A DNA stretch of 64,000 nucleotides from Bacillota bacterium (lineage in GTDB: Bacteria; Bacillota; Limnochordia; DTU087; JAAYGB01). Location: assembly GCA_012727955.1 (NCBI GenBank), contig JAAYGB010000008.1, positions 2,111 through 66,110 of the forward strand, written 5' to 3'. This document shows, one piece after another, positions 45,262 to 55,044 of this stretch (positions are counted from its first letter, which is position 1; each line of letters begins with the position of its first letter). A model generated the notes under the pieces. That model did no database searches. It saw only the letters and a list, made by a program, of their open reading frames with translations, and was not told where the DNA came from. The position numbers and the translations under genes were made by a program.

Positions 45262-45729
45262 CTACTGAACTACGAAATCGGTGAAATACACATCGGAAAT
45301 CGCTCTAGCGCCGAGAATCTCATTCAAGACCGAAATGACTTCCTGCTTTAGTTGCGTCATCCCCCGCTGGGATAGGACTTCCTCCGCTGTGCGACCCCGT
45401 AGCACCGAAATCAAGCAATCCCTAACTTGGGGAGCCCTGATTTCCAGCTCCTTCACCGTATCAGGGTCCTGGGAAGCAATCACGATCCCCGTTCTGATAA
45501 ACCTGTTGGACAATCCACGGCCAGGGGCCAGGTTAACAGTCAGAGTACCGGCATCATAGGTGTGACCAAAGGGCTCTCGGACTTGACCGTTAACGGCATC
45601 GGCTCGCCCACTGCTTTCACCCCGGGAGAAGAAGACAAACGTCATATAAGCGCTTCCCATAGTCGCGATAACAATCAACGAAATGACAATAACGAGAAAC
45701 CTCAAATCCAGTTGCGTCTTTCCAGGCAT
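45262..45729 (-). CDS. fliL: Flagellar basal body-associated protein FliL
   Basis: 155 aa. It has an N-terminal TM helix, then FIRTGIVIASQD...VRDCLISVLRGRTAEEV...LKQEVISVLNEIL...ISDVYFTDFVVQ. Confidence 0.88.
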   Translation of the reverse strand: MPGKTQLDLRFLVIVISLIVIATMGSAYMTFVFFSRGESSGRADAVNGQVREPFGHTYDAGTLTVNLAPGRGLSNRFIRTGIVIASQDPDTVKELEIRAPQVRDCLISVLRGRTAEEVLSQRGMTQLKQEVISVLNEILGARAISDVYFTDFVVQ

Positions 45730-45785
45730 CGATGGTTGACCTCCTTGTGCCAGTTATCCGGTACTTCGCCGGAAGGGCTTGACGA

Positions 45786-46565
45786 CTAATCTCCAACAGA
45801 ATCGACGGTCAGGTCCTCTTCACCCACGGGTTCAGCCTCGCTAAGGCCCAGACGCAGGATCACAATATCCACCCGACGATTCCTGGCTCTGCCGGAATCC
45901 GTGGAGTTATCCGCCACCGGCCGATACTCACCATAGCCAGACGCCGACAACTGCGTGGGAGAAAAACCATGCTCCTCGATGAGAAACCGAATCACCGATG
46001 TCGCACGAGCGGTGGATAGCTCCCAATTGGAGGGAAATATCTGATTCCTGATGGGCAGGTTGTCGGTATGACCCTCAACTCTGATGGGATTGGGTAATTC
46101 CCGGAGAACGGGAACAAGTTCATTGAGTACCGCACGAGCCTGCTCCGTCAGATTCGCCCTTCCCAGATCAAAAAAGACTTGGTCGGCAAAGCGAATGATT
46201 AAACCTCTACTTTCAACGGTAAGCTCCACCTCTGCAGGCAGCTGTCCCGCCTCACGCATTGCCATCAGAAGATCATATAAGTCCTGAAGCTGAGCAATTT
46301 CCTCAAGGCTAATTTGCAGACTATGATCGAGGACCGAAGGAGGGCTACCTACCGCTGACTCCGGTGAAAGCGACAGTCCACCATCGAGAACACCCAAGGC
46401 ACCTTGCAAGGAAGCAACAAAAGCCTGAAACTTCTGTACGTCTAAGACTGAAAAGGAGTACAGCAGAACAAAAAAGCAGAGCAGCAAGGTAACCATATCA
46501 GCATAGGTAGTCATCCATGAGGGGCTACCGCCACCAGAGGAGCGCTTCTTACCCAGGTTACGCAC
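45786..46565 (-). CDS. motB: Flagellar stator protein MotB (OmpA-like C-terminal domain)
   Basis: SWMTTYADMVTLLLCFFVLL (TM helix with the conserved Asp) and VEGHTDNLPI...SNWELSTARATSVIRFL...NRRVDIVI. Confidence 0.92.
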   Translation of the reverse strand: MRNLGKKRSSGGGSPSWMTTYADMVTLLLCFFVLLYSFSVLDVQKFQAFVASLQGALGVLDGGLSLSPESAVGSPPSVLDHSLQISLEEIAQLQDLYDLLMAMREAGQLPAEVELTVESRGLIIRFADQVFFDLGRANLTEQARAVLNELVPVLRELPNPIRVEGHTDNLPIRNQIFPSNWELSTARATSVIRFLIEEHGFSPTQLSASGYGEYRPVADNSTDSGRARNRRVDIVILRLGLSEAEPVGEEDLTVDSVGD

Positions 46566-47364
46566 TGATAGTCTCCTCTCTTCCCGTCCGAGAATCCAAT
46601 TCTTGATCTTCTCGCTGCTTGGGAGCCAAGAAGGCTTTTAGCTTCTCCTCTACCAAACGGGGATTCTCCCCAGCCTGAATCGACAGAACACCCTCGACGA
46701 TGATCTGGCGCATTAGTACCTCCTTATCACTGCGCATCCGCAGTTTACCCGCCATCGGCAAGAACATCAGGTTTGCGGCCACTACTCCGTAGAAGGTGGT
46801 AATCAAGGCCGTTGCCATACCCGGCCCGACGGACTCAGGACTGTCCAGACCCGTTAACATCTGAATCAGGCCGATTAAGGTACCGATCATTCCGAAGGCC
46901 GGGGCATAGTTACCCATGGACTCGAGAATTTGCTGCCCAGCGTAATGTCTCTCCTGCAAGAAGGCATTCTCGATTTCCAGGACATTACGGACCAGTTCTG
47001 GATCGGTACCATCGACTACCAGTTGAATCCCCTTTTGCAAGAAGGCATTGTCAACCTCTAGGACCTCTGCTTCCAGGGATAACAACCCTTCTCGTCTCGC
47101 CTTTTCCGCCATGCCCACCAGGATCCGAATAATGGCCTGCGGTGAGTGTCTCGTTTCAACGAACGCGACACGAATCACCTGAAACAGTCCCATAATTTCC
47201 TCTCTGGAATGCTGCACCATCGCGGCGCCAAAGGTACCACCGAAGACAATCATAATCGAGGCAGCATCATAGAAGGCGAGTAGTGATCCCTGACCGAAAA
47301 TTGCCAAGGCAAGTAAGGCAAAACCCACAATTAAGCCAAGAATCGTTGACAAATCCATCTGCAC
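46558..47364 (-). CDS. motA: Flagellar stator protein MotA
   Basis: MDLSTILGLIVGF..., FGMIGTLIGLIQML and ALITTFYGVVAANLMFLPMAGKL. Confidence 0.93.
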   Translation of the reverse strand: MQMDLSTILGLIVGFALLALAIFGQGSLLAFYDAASIMIVFGGTFGAAMVQHSREEIMGLFQVIRVAFVETRHSPQAIIRILVGMAEKARREGLLSLEAEVLEVDNAFLQKGIQLVVDGTDPELVRNVLEIENAFLQERHYAGQQILESMGNYAPAFGMIGTLIGLIQMLTGLDSPESVGPGMATALITTFYGVVAANLMFLPMAGKLRMRSDKEVLMRQIIVEGVLSIQAGENPRLVEEKLKAFLAPKQREDQELDSRTGREETISA

Positions 47365-47383
47365 ACACCATCCCTACTCAGGC

Positions 47384-47401
47384 GGGGCCCCGGAGGGCCC
47401 C
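47384..47401 (-). other. GC-only hairpin in the 63-nt flgE-motA spacer
   Basis: GGGGCCC-cgga-GGGCCCC: a 7-bp all-GC stem with no U-tract after it on the transcribed strand. Confidence 0.5.
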
Positions 47402-47427
47402 TGATACCGGAACGACAATCCCCTCAT

Positions 47428-48996
47428 CTACCTCTTCAGATTCACCAATTCCTGCAGCATCTCATCGGAGGCTGTAATCACCCGAGAGTTCGCCTGGAAT
47501 CCCCTTTGGGTAATAATCATCTCGGTGAACTCTTGGGACAAGTCAACATTCGACATCTCCAAAGCTCCAGGAGTAATTGAGCCACGGCCACCAATCCCGG
47601 CAACTTTGATATCGGCCTTACCGGAGTTATTAGACTCTGCAAAGGCATTTTCACCGGCCTTGAGCAAACCGGCGGGATTGGTGAAGCGAGCCACTGCCAC
47701 CTGCCCTAGAGCCTTGGTCAATCCATTGGAATACTCCCCGGTCAGAATGCCCTGCCCATCGATGCTAAAGCCCTCTAGAACACCGGTGGGATAGCCATCT
47801 TGGTAAAGCAAATAGGCATCGCTCTCACCGGCATACTTCGTCATCGCAGAGTAATCAAGGGCAATGGTAACTGGATCAGCACCGGGTGGAGTAAAAGTCA
47901 ACGCATCGTCCACTGCCACGCTGGATATGGTTCCGCCATTGGTAAAAACAAGCGTACCCCTGCCGGGATTCGCGCCACCAGGTACATTGGCCTCATACTT
48001 CCACTCGGTGTCACTGATCTTAGTAAAGACAGTAGTCACGATGTGGGAGTTTCCATTGGAATCAAACACCTGAGACTGCTGGGTCACCTGGGGTGCTGCG
48101 TAATCCATGGTGGGTTGGAATACTTCCATATCTGTGACAGTGATGTCAAATAGGTCTTTGCCATCGGTAGCATTATTGAGTCCTATGGTAGCAATGTTAA
48201 TCCCGTCGACATAGAACTTGATTTCCTCGCTCGGATTAGAGGGTTTCAGTTCGCCATCCTCTACAGTAAAACTAATGCTCACGCTATTGGTCGAAGGATT
48301 ATCACCTATGGTCAGCTCACCAGTAATAACACTAATCTCCATCTCAAACTTATTGAACTCACCGGTGGGTTTCACCGTAACGTTGAGCTCATACTCAGTG
48401 TCGGTATCCTTAAGGGTAATCTTACTGGTACCGCCCAACCGGAACTGCCCATTTACATTGGCATCCAGGTTACCGCCGATTTGCAGCTGACTGGTGGCAT
48501 TGGGTTGAATCATGTCGCCAATGGGGATCTTGAGAGCATCCACTGGCTTGTTAATATCGATGTTCCCTTTGGCATCGGCATTCCAGCCAACCACTAGCAT
48601 CCCATTGGGCTCATTCACCAGGTTACCTTGCTCATCCATGCTGAAGGTACCGGCTCGGGTGTAATATTGTCTCGCTCCGTCTCTTAGGACAAAGAAGCCG
48701 TCACCCTCCAAAGCCAAGTCCGTAGGTTTTCCCGTCGGCTGTGTGCTGCCTTGGGTATGGTTGATTGAAACGGAACCAATGGTCATCCCCAACCCCACTT
48801 GATGGGGATTGGTACCTCCCCTTCCCTTAGCGGCGGCAGAAGCACCCCGCAGGGTCTGGCTCAAAGCATCCTGAAAGGTAACTTGGCTAGACTTAAAACC
48901 CACGGTATTCACATTTGCAATATTGTTGCCGATGACGTCCATGCGGGTTTGGTGATTACGCAAACCCGAAACACCGGCAAACAAAGACCTCATCAT
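47428..48996 (-). CDS. flgE: Flagellar hook protein FlgE
   Basis: MMRSLFAGVSGLRNHQTRMDVIGNNIANVNTVGFK at the N-terminus and EMSNVDLSQEFTEMIITQRGFQANSRVITASDEMLQELVNLKR at the C-terminus. Confidence 0.93.
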   Translation of the reverse strand: MMRSLFAGVSGLRNHQTRMDVIGNNIANVNTVGFKSSQVTFQDALSQTLRGASAAAKGRGGTNPHQVGLGMTIGSVSINHTQGSTQPTGKPTDLALEGDGFFVLRDGARQYYTRAGTFSMDEQGNLVNEPNGMLVVGWNADAKGNIDINKPVDALKIPIGDMIQPNATSQLQIGGNLDANVNGQFRLGGTSKITLKDTDTEYELNVTVKPTGEFNKFEMEISVITGELTIGDNPSTNSVSISFTVEDGELKPSNPSEEIKFYVDGINIATIGLNNATDGKDLFDITVTDMEVFQPTMDYAAPQVTQQSQVFDSNGNSHIVTTVFTKISDTEWKYEANVPGGANPGRGTLVFTNGGTISSVAVDDALTFTPPGADPVTIALDYSAMTKYAGESDAYLLYQDGYPTGVLEGFSIDGQGILTGEYSNGLTKALGQVAVARFTNPAGLLKAGENAFAESNNSGKADIKVAGIGGRGSITPGALEMSNVDLSQEFTEMIITQRGFQANSRVITASDEMLQELVNLKR

Positions 48997-49089
48997 CGGG
49001 TACTTCCTCCTAACATCCTAGGCTAACCGCCTCTGTCAGTCGGCGGTCGCGCAGGGCTTCCTCGAGTGAGGTCCAGCCCTTGACTTTTC

Positions 49090-49512
49090 TTACCTATCAA
49101 CGCTTGTTTTCATCAGGACGGCGGAGTCAATGTTAGTAAACACGTTCTCCTGCATCCCTTCCTGATCCATCACCGTGATCACCGTCCGATTCTTGACGCT
49201 GACCACCAATGCCATATCATCCATCAGAACCAGCGAGTCACGAGACCCCTTAGCTGCAGCTTTATCAACGGCTCGATTCAAGGCCTCCACCTGGGAAGCA
49301 CTGAGCTGAAGGTTCCGGGACTTGAGGCGAGCAGTGGCGTGAGCAGAGAACTTCACCGCCTTAGCATCGGTCCGCAGCTGCTTGTCCAAAACCTCAGCAA
49401 AGGACCTATGCCCCTGAGCCTGCTGAGTTCGTCCCTTGGTTACGTCTGTTGTTACCCTTTGCGGGCGAGGACCGCCAATTCTGTAGTTATATCCGCCTAT
49501 CCGATCTACCAT
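49090..49512 (-). CDS. Flagellar operon protein of the TIGR02530 type (between flgD and flgE)
   Basis: VKFSAHATARLKSRNLQLSASQVEALNRAVDKAAAKGSRDSLVLMDDMALVVSVKNRTVITVMD matches my recollection of that family. The position is typical. Confidence 0.65.
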   Translation of the reverse strand: MVDRIGGYNYRIGGPRPQRVTTDVTKGRTQQAQGHRSFAEVLDKQLRTDAKAVKFSAHATARLKSRNLQLSASQVEALNRAVDKAAAKGSRDSLVLMDDMALVVSVKNRTVITVMDQEGMQENVFTNIDSAVLMKTSVDR

Positions 49513-49530
49513 AGGCCCTTCCTCTCTTCC

Positions 49531-49974
49531 TTACACTACCGATGTGATGTCCCGCATGGAGATCACATGCTTTTCCAGATGCAGTTGCGGCTCCCCATCG
49601 ATGAAGGTTACCCTAGTAACGGTACCAGTAATTGTGGAGCCTGTCTCAGGGTCCACAGCCTGGACCTCCCGCCCCAACAGACTGCTTGCCTGACTAACAG
49701 CGCTGATTCGCATGTACGAGTCGGTAAACCGATTCATCGCTTCCGCAAGATTTTGCGTCTGTTCCAGGGAACTAAACTGCGCCATCTGGGCTATGAAGTC
49801 CTGATCCGACATTGGACTCATGGGATCCTGATACCGCAGCTGTACCGTCAACAGTTCCAAGAAGGCGTTCTTATCCAACTCTTTGACTGGCTCCCGGTCC
49901 TGCTTCTGCACGGTGGTGGTGACGTCAGTCATCGCACTGGCCGTCCTACTGCCGCTGATGATCACTCTCTTCAC
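49531..49974 (-). CDS. flgD: Flagellar hook assembly/capping protein FlgD
   Basis: LDKNAFLELLTVQLRYQDPMSPMSDQDFIAQMAQFSSLEQ is the FlgD N-terminal signature. The start is uncertain (GTG at 49974 or 49965, or ATG at 49932). Confidence 0.9.
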   Translation of the reverse strand: MKRVIISGSRTASAMTDVTTTVQKQDREPVKELDKNAFLELLTVQLRYQDPMSPMSDQDFIAQMAQFSSLEQTQNLAEAMNRFTDSYMRISAVSQASSLLGREVQAVDPETGSTITGTVTRVTFIDGEPQLHLEKHVISMRDITSVV

Positions 49975-50001
49975 CTCCTTGCATATCGCTCATCCTGAAG
50001 T

Positions 50002-51816
50002 CTAAGCTAGGTAGTCCACGGTGGAATCCCATCGAGCTCGGGATACAACAACGGGCTCGCTATCCTCATCATTCCTGGCCAAGGGGGCCATCGACGACAT
50101 TACTCGGCCCTGTTGTTCTTGGGCAAAGCCGGCACCCAGATCAGCATCGGATTGGGAATGTCCCCACTGACCAGCAAAGTTGGTGTCAAAGGTAGAAACC
50201 TCGACTTCAAGCTCAGCTAGTTGTAGGCCCTGTTCCTGGAGTTGATCGCTGAGTGCGGAAAATCCCGATTCAATGGCGGCTTTTACCTGGTGACTCTCCA
50301 CGGCAAATCTGGCCACCACACCTCGTTGTTCCACCTCGATGCGAATCTTCATCTCCCCCAGCCATTCTGGCTGTAATTCGATTTGCATCTCATGGACATC
50401 TTCCACCCTCGATAACTCCATCCGCCTGATGGCCAAGCCAACCTGATCGACAAGGGCTTTGGGATCGGAAAGGGCAGAGCTCTCAGCTCCTGATTGCACC
50501 GTCCCATCAAACCGAGTCTCAGGTTGCTGGAATAGCTCCGATGCCGCCACGACACCGTCTCCATCGCGGCGGACTACGGCCTCGGACTCAAAATCCGATT
50601 TGTCCGCTGCCCAATTGGTTTTTCCCGCAAAGTCCTCCTGCTTGTCCACCGAGGCAGCAAGCCCTGGCGCTGTTCTTTGCGGAGCCGTGTTAGCATCAAG
50701 GAATCCGTCGTCTTCAGTCACTGTGTACTGTTGCCAGGTGTAGTCTCTGATTGCCCTCTGCGCTGCCACCGGGCTATTGGGGCGATAGCGACTCAAGGGT
50801 CCAATCACCGGGTCGGATTCCTCGGACTGCCTTAAGTTGGACTCCACGGGCTCCATTTGTTCTTGCTCACCCATCGACACCTGCTTCCCAACCAGTCCCT
50901 GAAGACCAACAGGGAAGAAAGCGTCACCTTCTGCCTGCGCGGGGTTATGATCGCTGGGATTGGCAGGCGGGACTGCCACAGGATCCAACTCACCAATCTG
51001 GCCTTCTACCACTGGGCTTTCCCCAGTCCCTTGAACAGGAAGTCTGGAGGCTGGAGTCTGAGCTGTGGATCCTCCAAGGGACCCTGTAGCCTGCTCCTTG
51101 GCAGCAACCGGGACTCGGACTGATCTTAAGGGCCCCAGTCGGGTTCCTTGGTGGTTCCTTTTGCCCAAGGCTTCACCCATTACTCCACCAACAGGCCGCC
51201 TGACACCGACAAAGCTGCCTGACAACCCTGCCGGTAACCCTGGTGATACCAGCCCGCTATCCTGGCCAATGAAACCACCGGCCAGCTCACCGGGTTTGGC
51301 TGGAAACTCGCCCTTGTCTGTCGCCAGGTGATGGGGATCAGACCCTTGGATTGACATCGGCAAGGCAATGTCTTCCCTCACATCTAGGGACGGACTGGCA
51401 GTCACCGTTGCCAAGCCAGCCCCTGCATCCGGTGCCGGACCCACCCCTAGCAACTCACTACCGGACAAGGATACATCGGCGGGAGAGTCTTCCAGGGAGT
51501 CCATTGGAGCGGAGCTGAAATTAGAAATCAGCAGCGACCAGGTCACCGCATCGAGCTCCTGGCTGGAACCAGACTCAGTTTCGCCATCAGTCGGTACCCC
51601 TCGAGGCCGCTCTGGTTGGCCTGCCACATTCCTTTCCCGGTGGGCCTCGTTCCTTGGACCATCACCTTTGACAGATGTCTCGCCCTGGCCAGCAGCATTG
51701 CCCAAAATCTCTTGGAAATTGCCAGCTTCCTGCGATTTCCCCAATGCGCCGGAACTGGGTAAGGCAATCTGCTGTTCCGTTTTGAGTGCAATGGGCACGT
51801 TAACTACAATTCCCAT
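50002..51816 (-). CDS. fliK: Flagellar hook-length control protein FliK
   Basis: 604 aa. It has a long Pro/Gly/Ser/Ala-rich low-complexity centre and a C-terminal Flg_hook-type domain (MQIELQPEWLGEMKIRIEVEQRGVVARFAVESHQVKAAIESGFSALSDQLQEQGL). Confidence 0.8.
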   Translation of the reverse strand: MGIVVNVPIALKTEQQIALPSSGALGKSQEAGNFQEILGNAAGQGETSVKGDGPRNEAHRERNVAGQPERPRGVPTDGETESGSSQELDAVTWSLLISNFSSAPMDSLEDSPADVSLSGSELLGVGPAPDAGAGLATVTASPSLDVREDIALPMSIQGSDPHHLATDKGEFPAKPGELAGGFIGQDSGLVSPGLPAGLSGSFVGVRRPVGGVMGEALGKRNHQGTRLGPLRSVRVPVAAKEQATGSLGGSTAQTPASRLPVQGTGESPVVEGQIGELDPVAVPPANPSDHNPAQAEGDAFFPVGLQGLVGKQVSMGEQEQMEPVESNLRQSEESDPVIGPLSRYRPNSPVAAQRAIRDYTWQQYTVTEDDGFLDANTAPQRTAPGLAASVDKQEDFAGKTNWAADKSDFESEAVVRRDGDGVVAASELFQQPETRFDGTVQSGAESSALSDPKALVDQVGLAIRRMELSRVEDVHEMQIELQPEWLGEMKIRIEVEQRGVVARFAVESHQVKAAIESGFSALSDQLQEQGLQLAELEVEVSTFDTNFAGQWGHSQSDADLGAGFAQEQQGRVMSSMAPLARNDEDSEPVVVSRARWDSTVDYLA

Positions 51817-51868
51817 AGTTCACCTCCTTTGCCATCATCTTTCCTTTATATACCTAAACTGGCTCACC

Positions 51869-52438
51869 CTATTCACTGCTCAGCAGCTGTAGGATTTGGG
51901 CAGCCAGTTGAGGTTCCATCGCTTGTAAGTGTTCGGCAGCCAGCTTCGGCTTCATTCCGCTGAGAATTGTTACTACCACTGACTTGTCCATCTCAGAGAA
52001 AATTGAGGCGGCCCGTTTCGGATCCATCTCTTCATAAATCTTCCGTACCCGCTCAAGGTCTTGGACAACCTCCTGTTGGGCCTTCAGTTCCTGCTCCCAC
52101 TCTTGGAGCCTTTGAGCTTCAGTCTTTAGCTGCGCGTACTGTAGCGCTAACTCCCTCCGCTCTACCTCCAACTCTTCCCGAGATGATGCGATTTCCTCCT
52201 GCAAGGCCAGCAAGCTCTGCTCCTGCTCGACCAGGCTTTGCCGTTGGCGGGCTAGCTCTTCACTTTCCTCCTGACCCAACCGATAGGTGGTAATATGGGG
52301 GGCTAGTGCCGGTATCTTCTCACTTTGGTTCATCGCCAACGAAACAAAATCCACCACTCCCGCTGCCTGGAGAGTTATCACGCTAACCACAATGGCCAAG
52401 AACAACGAAAACACTGCTAGTAGAAATTTGCGCATCAT
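51869..52438 (-). CDS. YlxF/MotE-like flagellar protein (N-terminal TM, coiled coil, MgtE-N-like C-terminus)
   Basis: MMRKFLLAVFSLFLAIVVSVITL is followed by a Glu/Gln/Leu coiled coil. The C-terminus reads IYEEMDPKRAASIFSEMDKSVVVTILSGMKPKLAAEHLQAMEP. It follows fliJ, as ylxF does in B. subtilis. The ATG overlaps the fliJ stop (ATGATGA). Confidence 0.7.
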   Translation of the reverse strand: MMRKFLLAVFSLFLAIVVSVITLQAAGVVDFVSLAMNQSEKIPALAPHITTYRLGQEESEELARQRQSLVEQEQSLLALQEEIASSREELEVERRELALQYAQLKTEAQRLQEWEQELKAQQEVVQDLERVRKIYEEMDPKRAASIFSEMDKSVVVTILSGMKPKLAAEHLQAMEPQLAAQILQLLSSE

Positions 52439-52884
52439 CCACCGCCCTCTTGCTGCCAATACATCTTTCCAGCTATTTCATCAAGCTCTTTCTGCTCTTG
52501 GTAAAGCTGCTCCTGTTGGTACTCACTGAGCCGTCGTTCCCGTAGTCGCTCAAGAACCTTCCGGTCTTTGGCCAGGGAGCTGAGGATCTGCCTTTCTTTC
52601 GCCACCTCTTGCCGGCGAGAGACAAGTTCTCGCTCCGTTGCGTCAATCCGCTCACCCAGGGCGGCCAAATGCCTGGAATAAGCAAGTAGCATGTCTGGTC
52701 TGGGGCTAGTCTGCTGGAATCGTCGCAGCTCAATTTCAATCCCTTCGCGGCGATGGTTTAGGGCCTGCAACCGGTTTTCAGTGTCACGCTCTCTTCGCCG
52801 GGCTTCAGCTAACCGCAGCATTTGCTGCCGCTCCCTTTGGCGCCGCAACTGCAAGACCCGCTCCAGGGAAAAAACGAATCCCAT
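52435..52884 (-). CDS. fliJ: Flagellar export chaperone/stalk protein FliJ
   Basis: 149 aa, all coiled coil. FSLERVLQLRRQRERQQMLRLAEARRRE. It lies immediately after fliI. Confidence 0.82.
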   Translation of the reverse strand: MGFVFSLERVLQLRRQRERQQMLRLAEARRRERDTENRLQALNHRREGIEIELRRFQQTSPRPDMLLAYSRHLAALGERIDATERELVSRRQEVAKERQILSSLAKDRKVLERLRERRLSEYQQEQLYQEQKELDEIAGKMYWQQEGGG

Positions 52885-52895
52885 TTTCCTCTTCC

Positions 52896-54239
52896 CTACC
52901 TATCCTGCCGAACTACAGCCTGCAGTGCATTGATGGTGTCCTCCAGCCTAGCCACCTCATTGACGGACTGAACCAGGAAATTATTAATCGACTCGTGATA
53001 CTCGATGGCTTCGTCCACCCGAGGATTGGTGCCGGACTGATAGGCCCCAATGTTGATTAGGTCTTCATGTTCAAAATAGGTAGCCAAAAGCTCCTTCACT
53101 CGAGCTGCGTCCTGAAGGTGCTTCGCCGATACAACCTCCGGCATCACCCGACTGACACTAGCTAAGACATCTATGGCGGGATAGTGTCCCTGATCTGCCA
53201 GCTTCCGGGACAAAACTATGTGCCCGTCAAGAATTCCCCGCACAGCGTCGGCGATAGGTTCATTCATGTCATCGCCTTCGACCAATACTGTATAAAAGGC
53301 GGTAATGGTACCCTCTGGTCCCGGACCAGTGCGCTCCAACAGCTTTGGTAACATCGCAAAGACCGACGGCGGATACCCTCGAGTAGCCGGGGGCTCGCCA
53401 GTAGCTAGTCCAATTTCCCGCTGCGCCGCGGCGAACCGCGTCACAGAATCCATCATAAACAAGACAGTGTGTCCTTGATCTCGAAAATATTCGGCGATCG
53501 CAGTGGCTGCATAGGCTGCCTTGAGACGGATCAAGGCCGGTTCATTGGATGTAGCCACTACGACAACGGAGCGTCTCAGGCCCTCTTCTCCCAGATCCCT
53601 CTCCAGAAACTCCCTTACCTCCCGGCCCCGCTCTCCGATTAGCGCGATTACATTAATCTCCGCCGTGGTGTTTCTCGCCATCATCCCCAACAGGGTACTT
53701 TTCCCCACTCCGCTCCCGGCGAAGATCCCCACCCGTTGCCCGCTACCGCAGGTGAGCAACCCGTCGATGGCTCTGACTCCTACGGACAATGGACTTTGAA
53801 TGCGCTGCCTGGTCAAGGGATTCGGCGGTTGCCTTTGCAGGGGATACCACTGGCAGGTGTGAATTGCTCCCTTGCCGTCGATGGGCTCTCCCAGTCCATC
53901 AATCACCCGACCCAAGAGTTCGGGCCCCACCTTGATCCGCAAGCTAGTGCGGGCCGCGGTCACCACATTGCCGGGACCGATACCATCGAGTTCACCCAAG
54001 GGCATGAGTAGTAATTTCTTGTCGCTAAAACCAACTACTTCCGCAGGCAATGGTTCTTGATCGGCTCGGTCGATATAACAGAGTTCACCTAAATTGGCTC
54101 GAGGCCCGTCGGCCACCAAAGTCAGCCCCACCACTTGGGTCACCACTCCATAGTGGCGAAATTCATCAACGGCCGCAACAGCCTCGAGATATCGGGATAG
54201 TCGCTTAGGTGAGGCCTTTGGGCCCGCTTCACGACCCAT
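52896..54239 (-). CDS. fliI: Flagellum-specific ATPase FliI
   Basis: Walker A GIFAGSGVGKSTLLGMMA, Walker B VLFMMDSVTRFA, and PPSVFAMLPKLLER. Confidence 0.96.
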   Translation of the reverse strand: MGREAGPKASPKRLSRYLEAVAAVDEFRHYGVVTQVVGLTLVADGPRANLGELCYIDRADQEPLPAEVVGFSDKKLLLMPLGELDGIGPGNVVTAARTSLRIKVGPELLGRVIDGLGEPIDGKGAIHTCQWYPLQRQPPNPLTRQRIQSPLSVGVRAIDGLLTCGSGQRVGIFAGSGVGKSTLLGMMARNTTAEINVIALIGERGREVREFLERDLGEEGLRRSVVVVATSNEPALIRLKAAYAATAIAEYFRDQGHTVLFMMDSVTRFAAAQREIGLATGEPPATRGYPPSVFAMLPKLLERTGPGPEGTITAFYTVLVEGDDMNEPIADAVRGILDGHIVLSRKLADQGHYPAIDVLASVSRVMPEVVSAKHLQDAARVKELLATYFEHEDLINIGAYQSGTNPRVDEAIEYHESINNFLVQSVNEVARLEDTINALQAVVRQDR

Positions 54240-55044
54240 CGCGCATCACGTCCATAACTGCCTGGGCAATTTGACTCATCCTGGTGTCCAGTCGGCCATC
54301 AACACTGCCAAACTCCGTCTCCACCACGCAACCACCGGGCTCGATAGAGACATCTTCCACAAATTCAATCCCCTCAAACCCCTGTACCCCTTGCAAAAGG
54401 TCGGAATTATCCTGCAACAATGCCGCCACCGTAGGATGCACCTTGACTCGCACCCGCTCTGCTCCCGGCAGGGAAGCCAGGGCAGCTTCGATGACATTCA
54501 CCGTCACCTGAGGAGCTTGCTTAATGCGCTCACGGATCACCTTTTCTGCTACGGCTAGGGCCAGTTGCACAATATCCCCTTCACTTTGCGCCAAGGCCTG
54601 TTGCCTGATCCCGGCCGTTTGGTGGATAAGCTCTGTTAGCTGTTGTATTTTATCTACCCAGGCTTGCTGCCCTTCAGCCTGACCTGTCGCTTGGCCGTGA
54701 CTATACCCGGCTTCATAGCCTTCCTTCTGGCCCTGGGCAAACCCCTGTTCATAGGCCTGTTTCTGCTGCTTCCGGGCTTTTTTTTCGCCTTCCTGGCGGG
54801 CCTGCTCTAGGATCTCTTGGGCCTGTTCCTTGGCACGGGCGATAATAGCTCTAGCCTTTTCCTCGGCCTGAGCTTGCAGCTTCGCTGCCTCCACCGCTAC
54901 AGTATCCACCGCTGTGGTATCCACCGGCCAGCTGACGCTTGCACCGTTGCTGATCCTGGCCAAGGAACGGGACCAGGCTCCATCATTTTCCTGGATAGCC
55001 TCAAGCTCAGCCGCTTTGATAATCCTACTAGACCACAACTTCAT
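54229..55044 (-). CDS. fliH: Flagellar assembly protein FliH
   Basis: ORF 54229..55080. It has a Gln/Ala/Glu-rich coiled coil and a C-terminal FliH domain (VHPTVAALLQ...IEPGGCVVETEFGSVDGRLDTR). The ATG at 55044 is preceded by GAGGTGGAG. Confidence 0.85.
   Translation of the reverse strand: MKLWSSRIIKAAELEAIQENDGAWSRSLARISNGASVSWPVDTTAVDTVAVEAAKLQAQAEEKARAIIARAKEQAQEILEQARQEGEKKARKQQKQAYEQGFAQGQKEGYEAGYSHGQATGQAEGQQAWVDKIQQLTELIHQTAGIRQQALAQSEGDIVQLALAVAEKVIRERIKQAPQVTVNVIEAALASLPGAERVRVKVHPTVAALLQDNSDLLQGVQGFEGIEFVEDVSIEPGGCVVETEFGSVDGRLDTRMSQIAQAVMDVMRDGS

Noticed and set aside
49090-49512. Calling this ORF flbD.
   Set aside because: FlbD is about 70 aa and normally lies after flgE. This protein is 140 aa, lies before flgE, and carries the KFS.HA..RL..R...L motif that I associate with the TIGR02530 flagellar operon protein.
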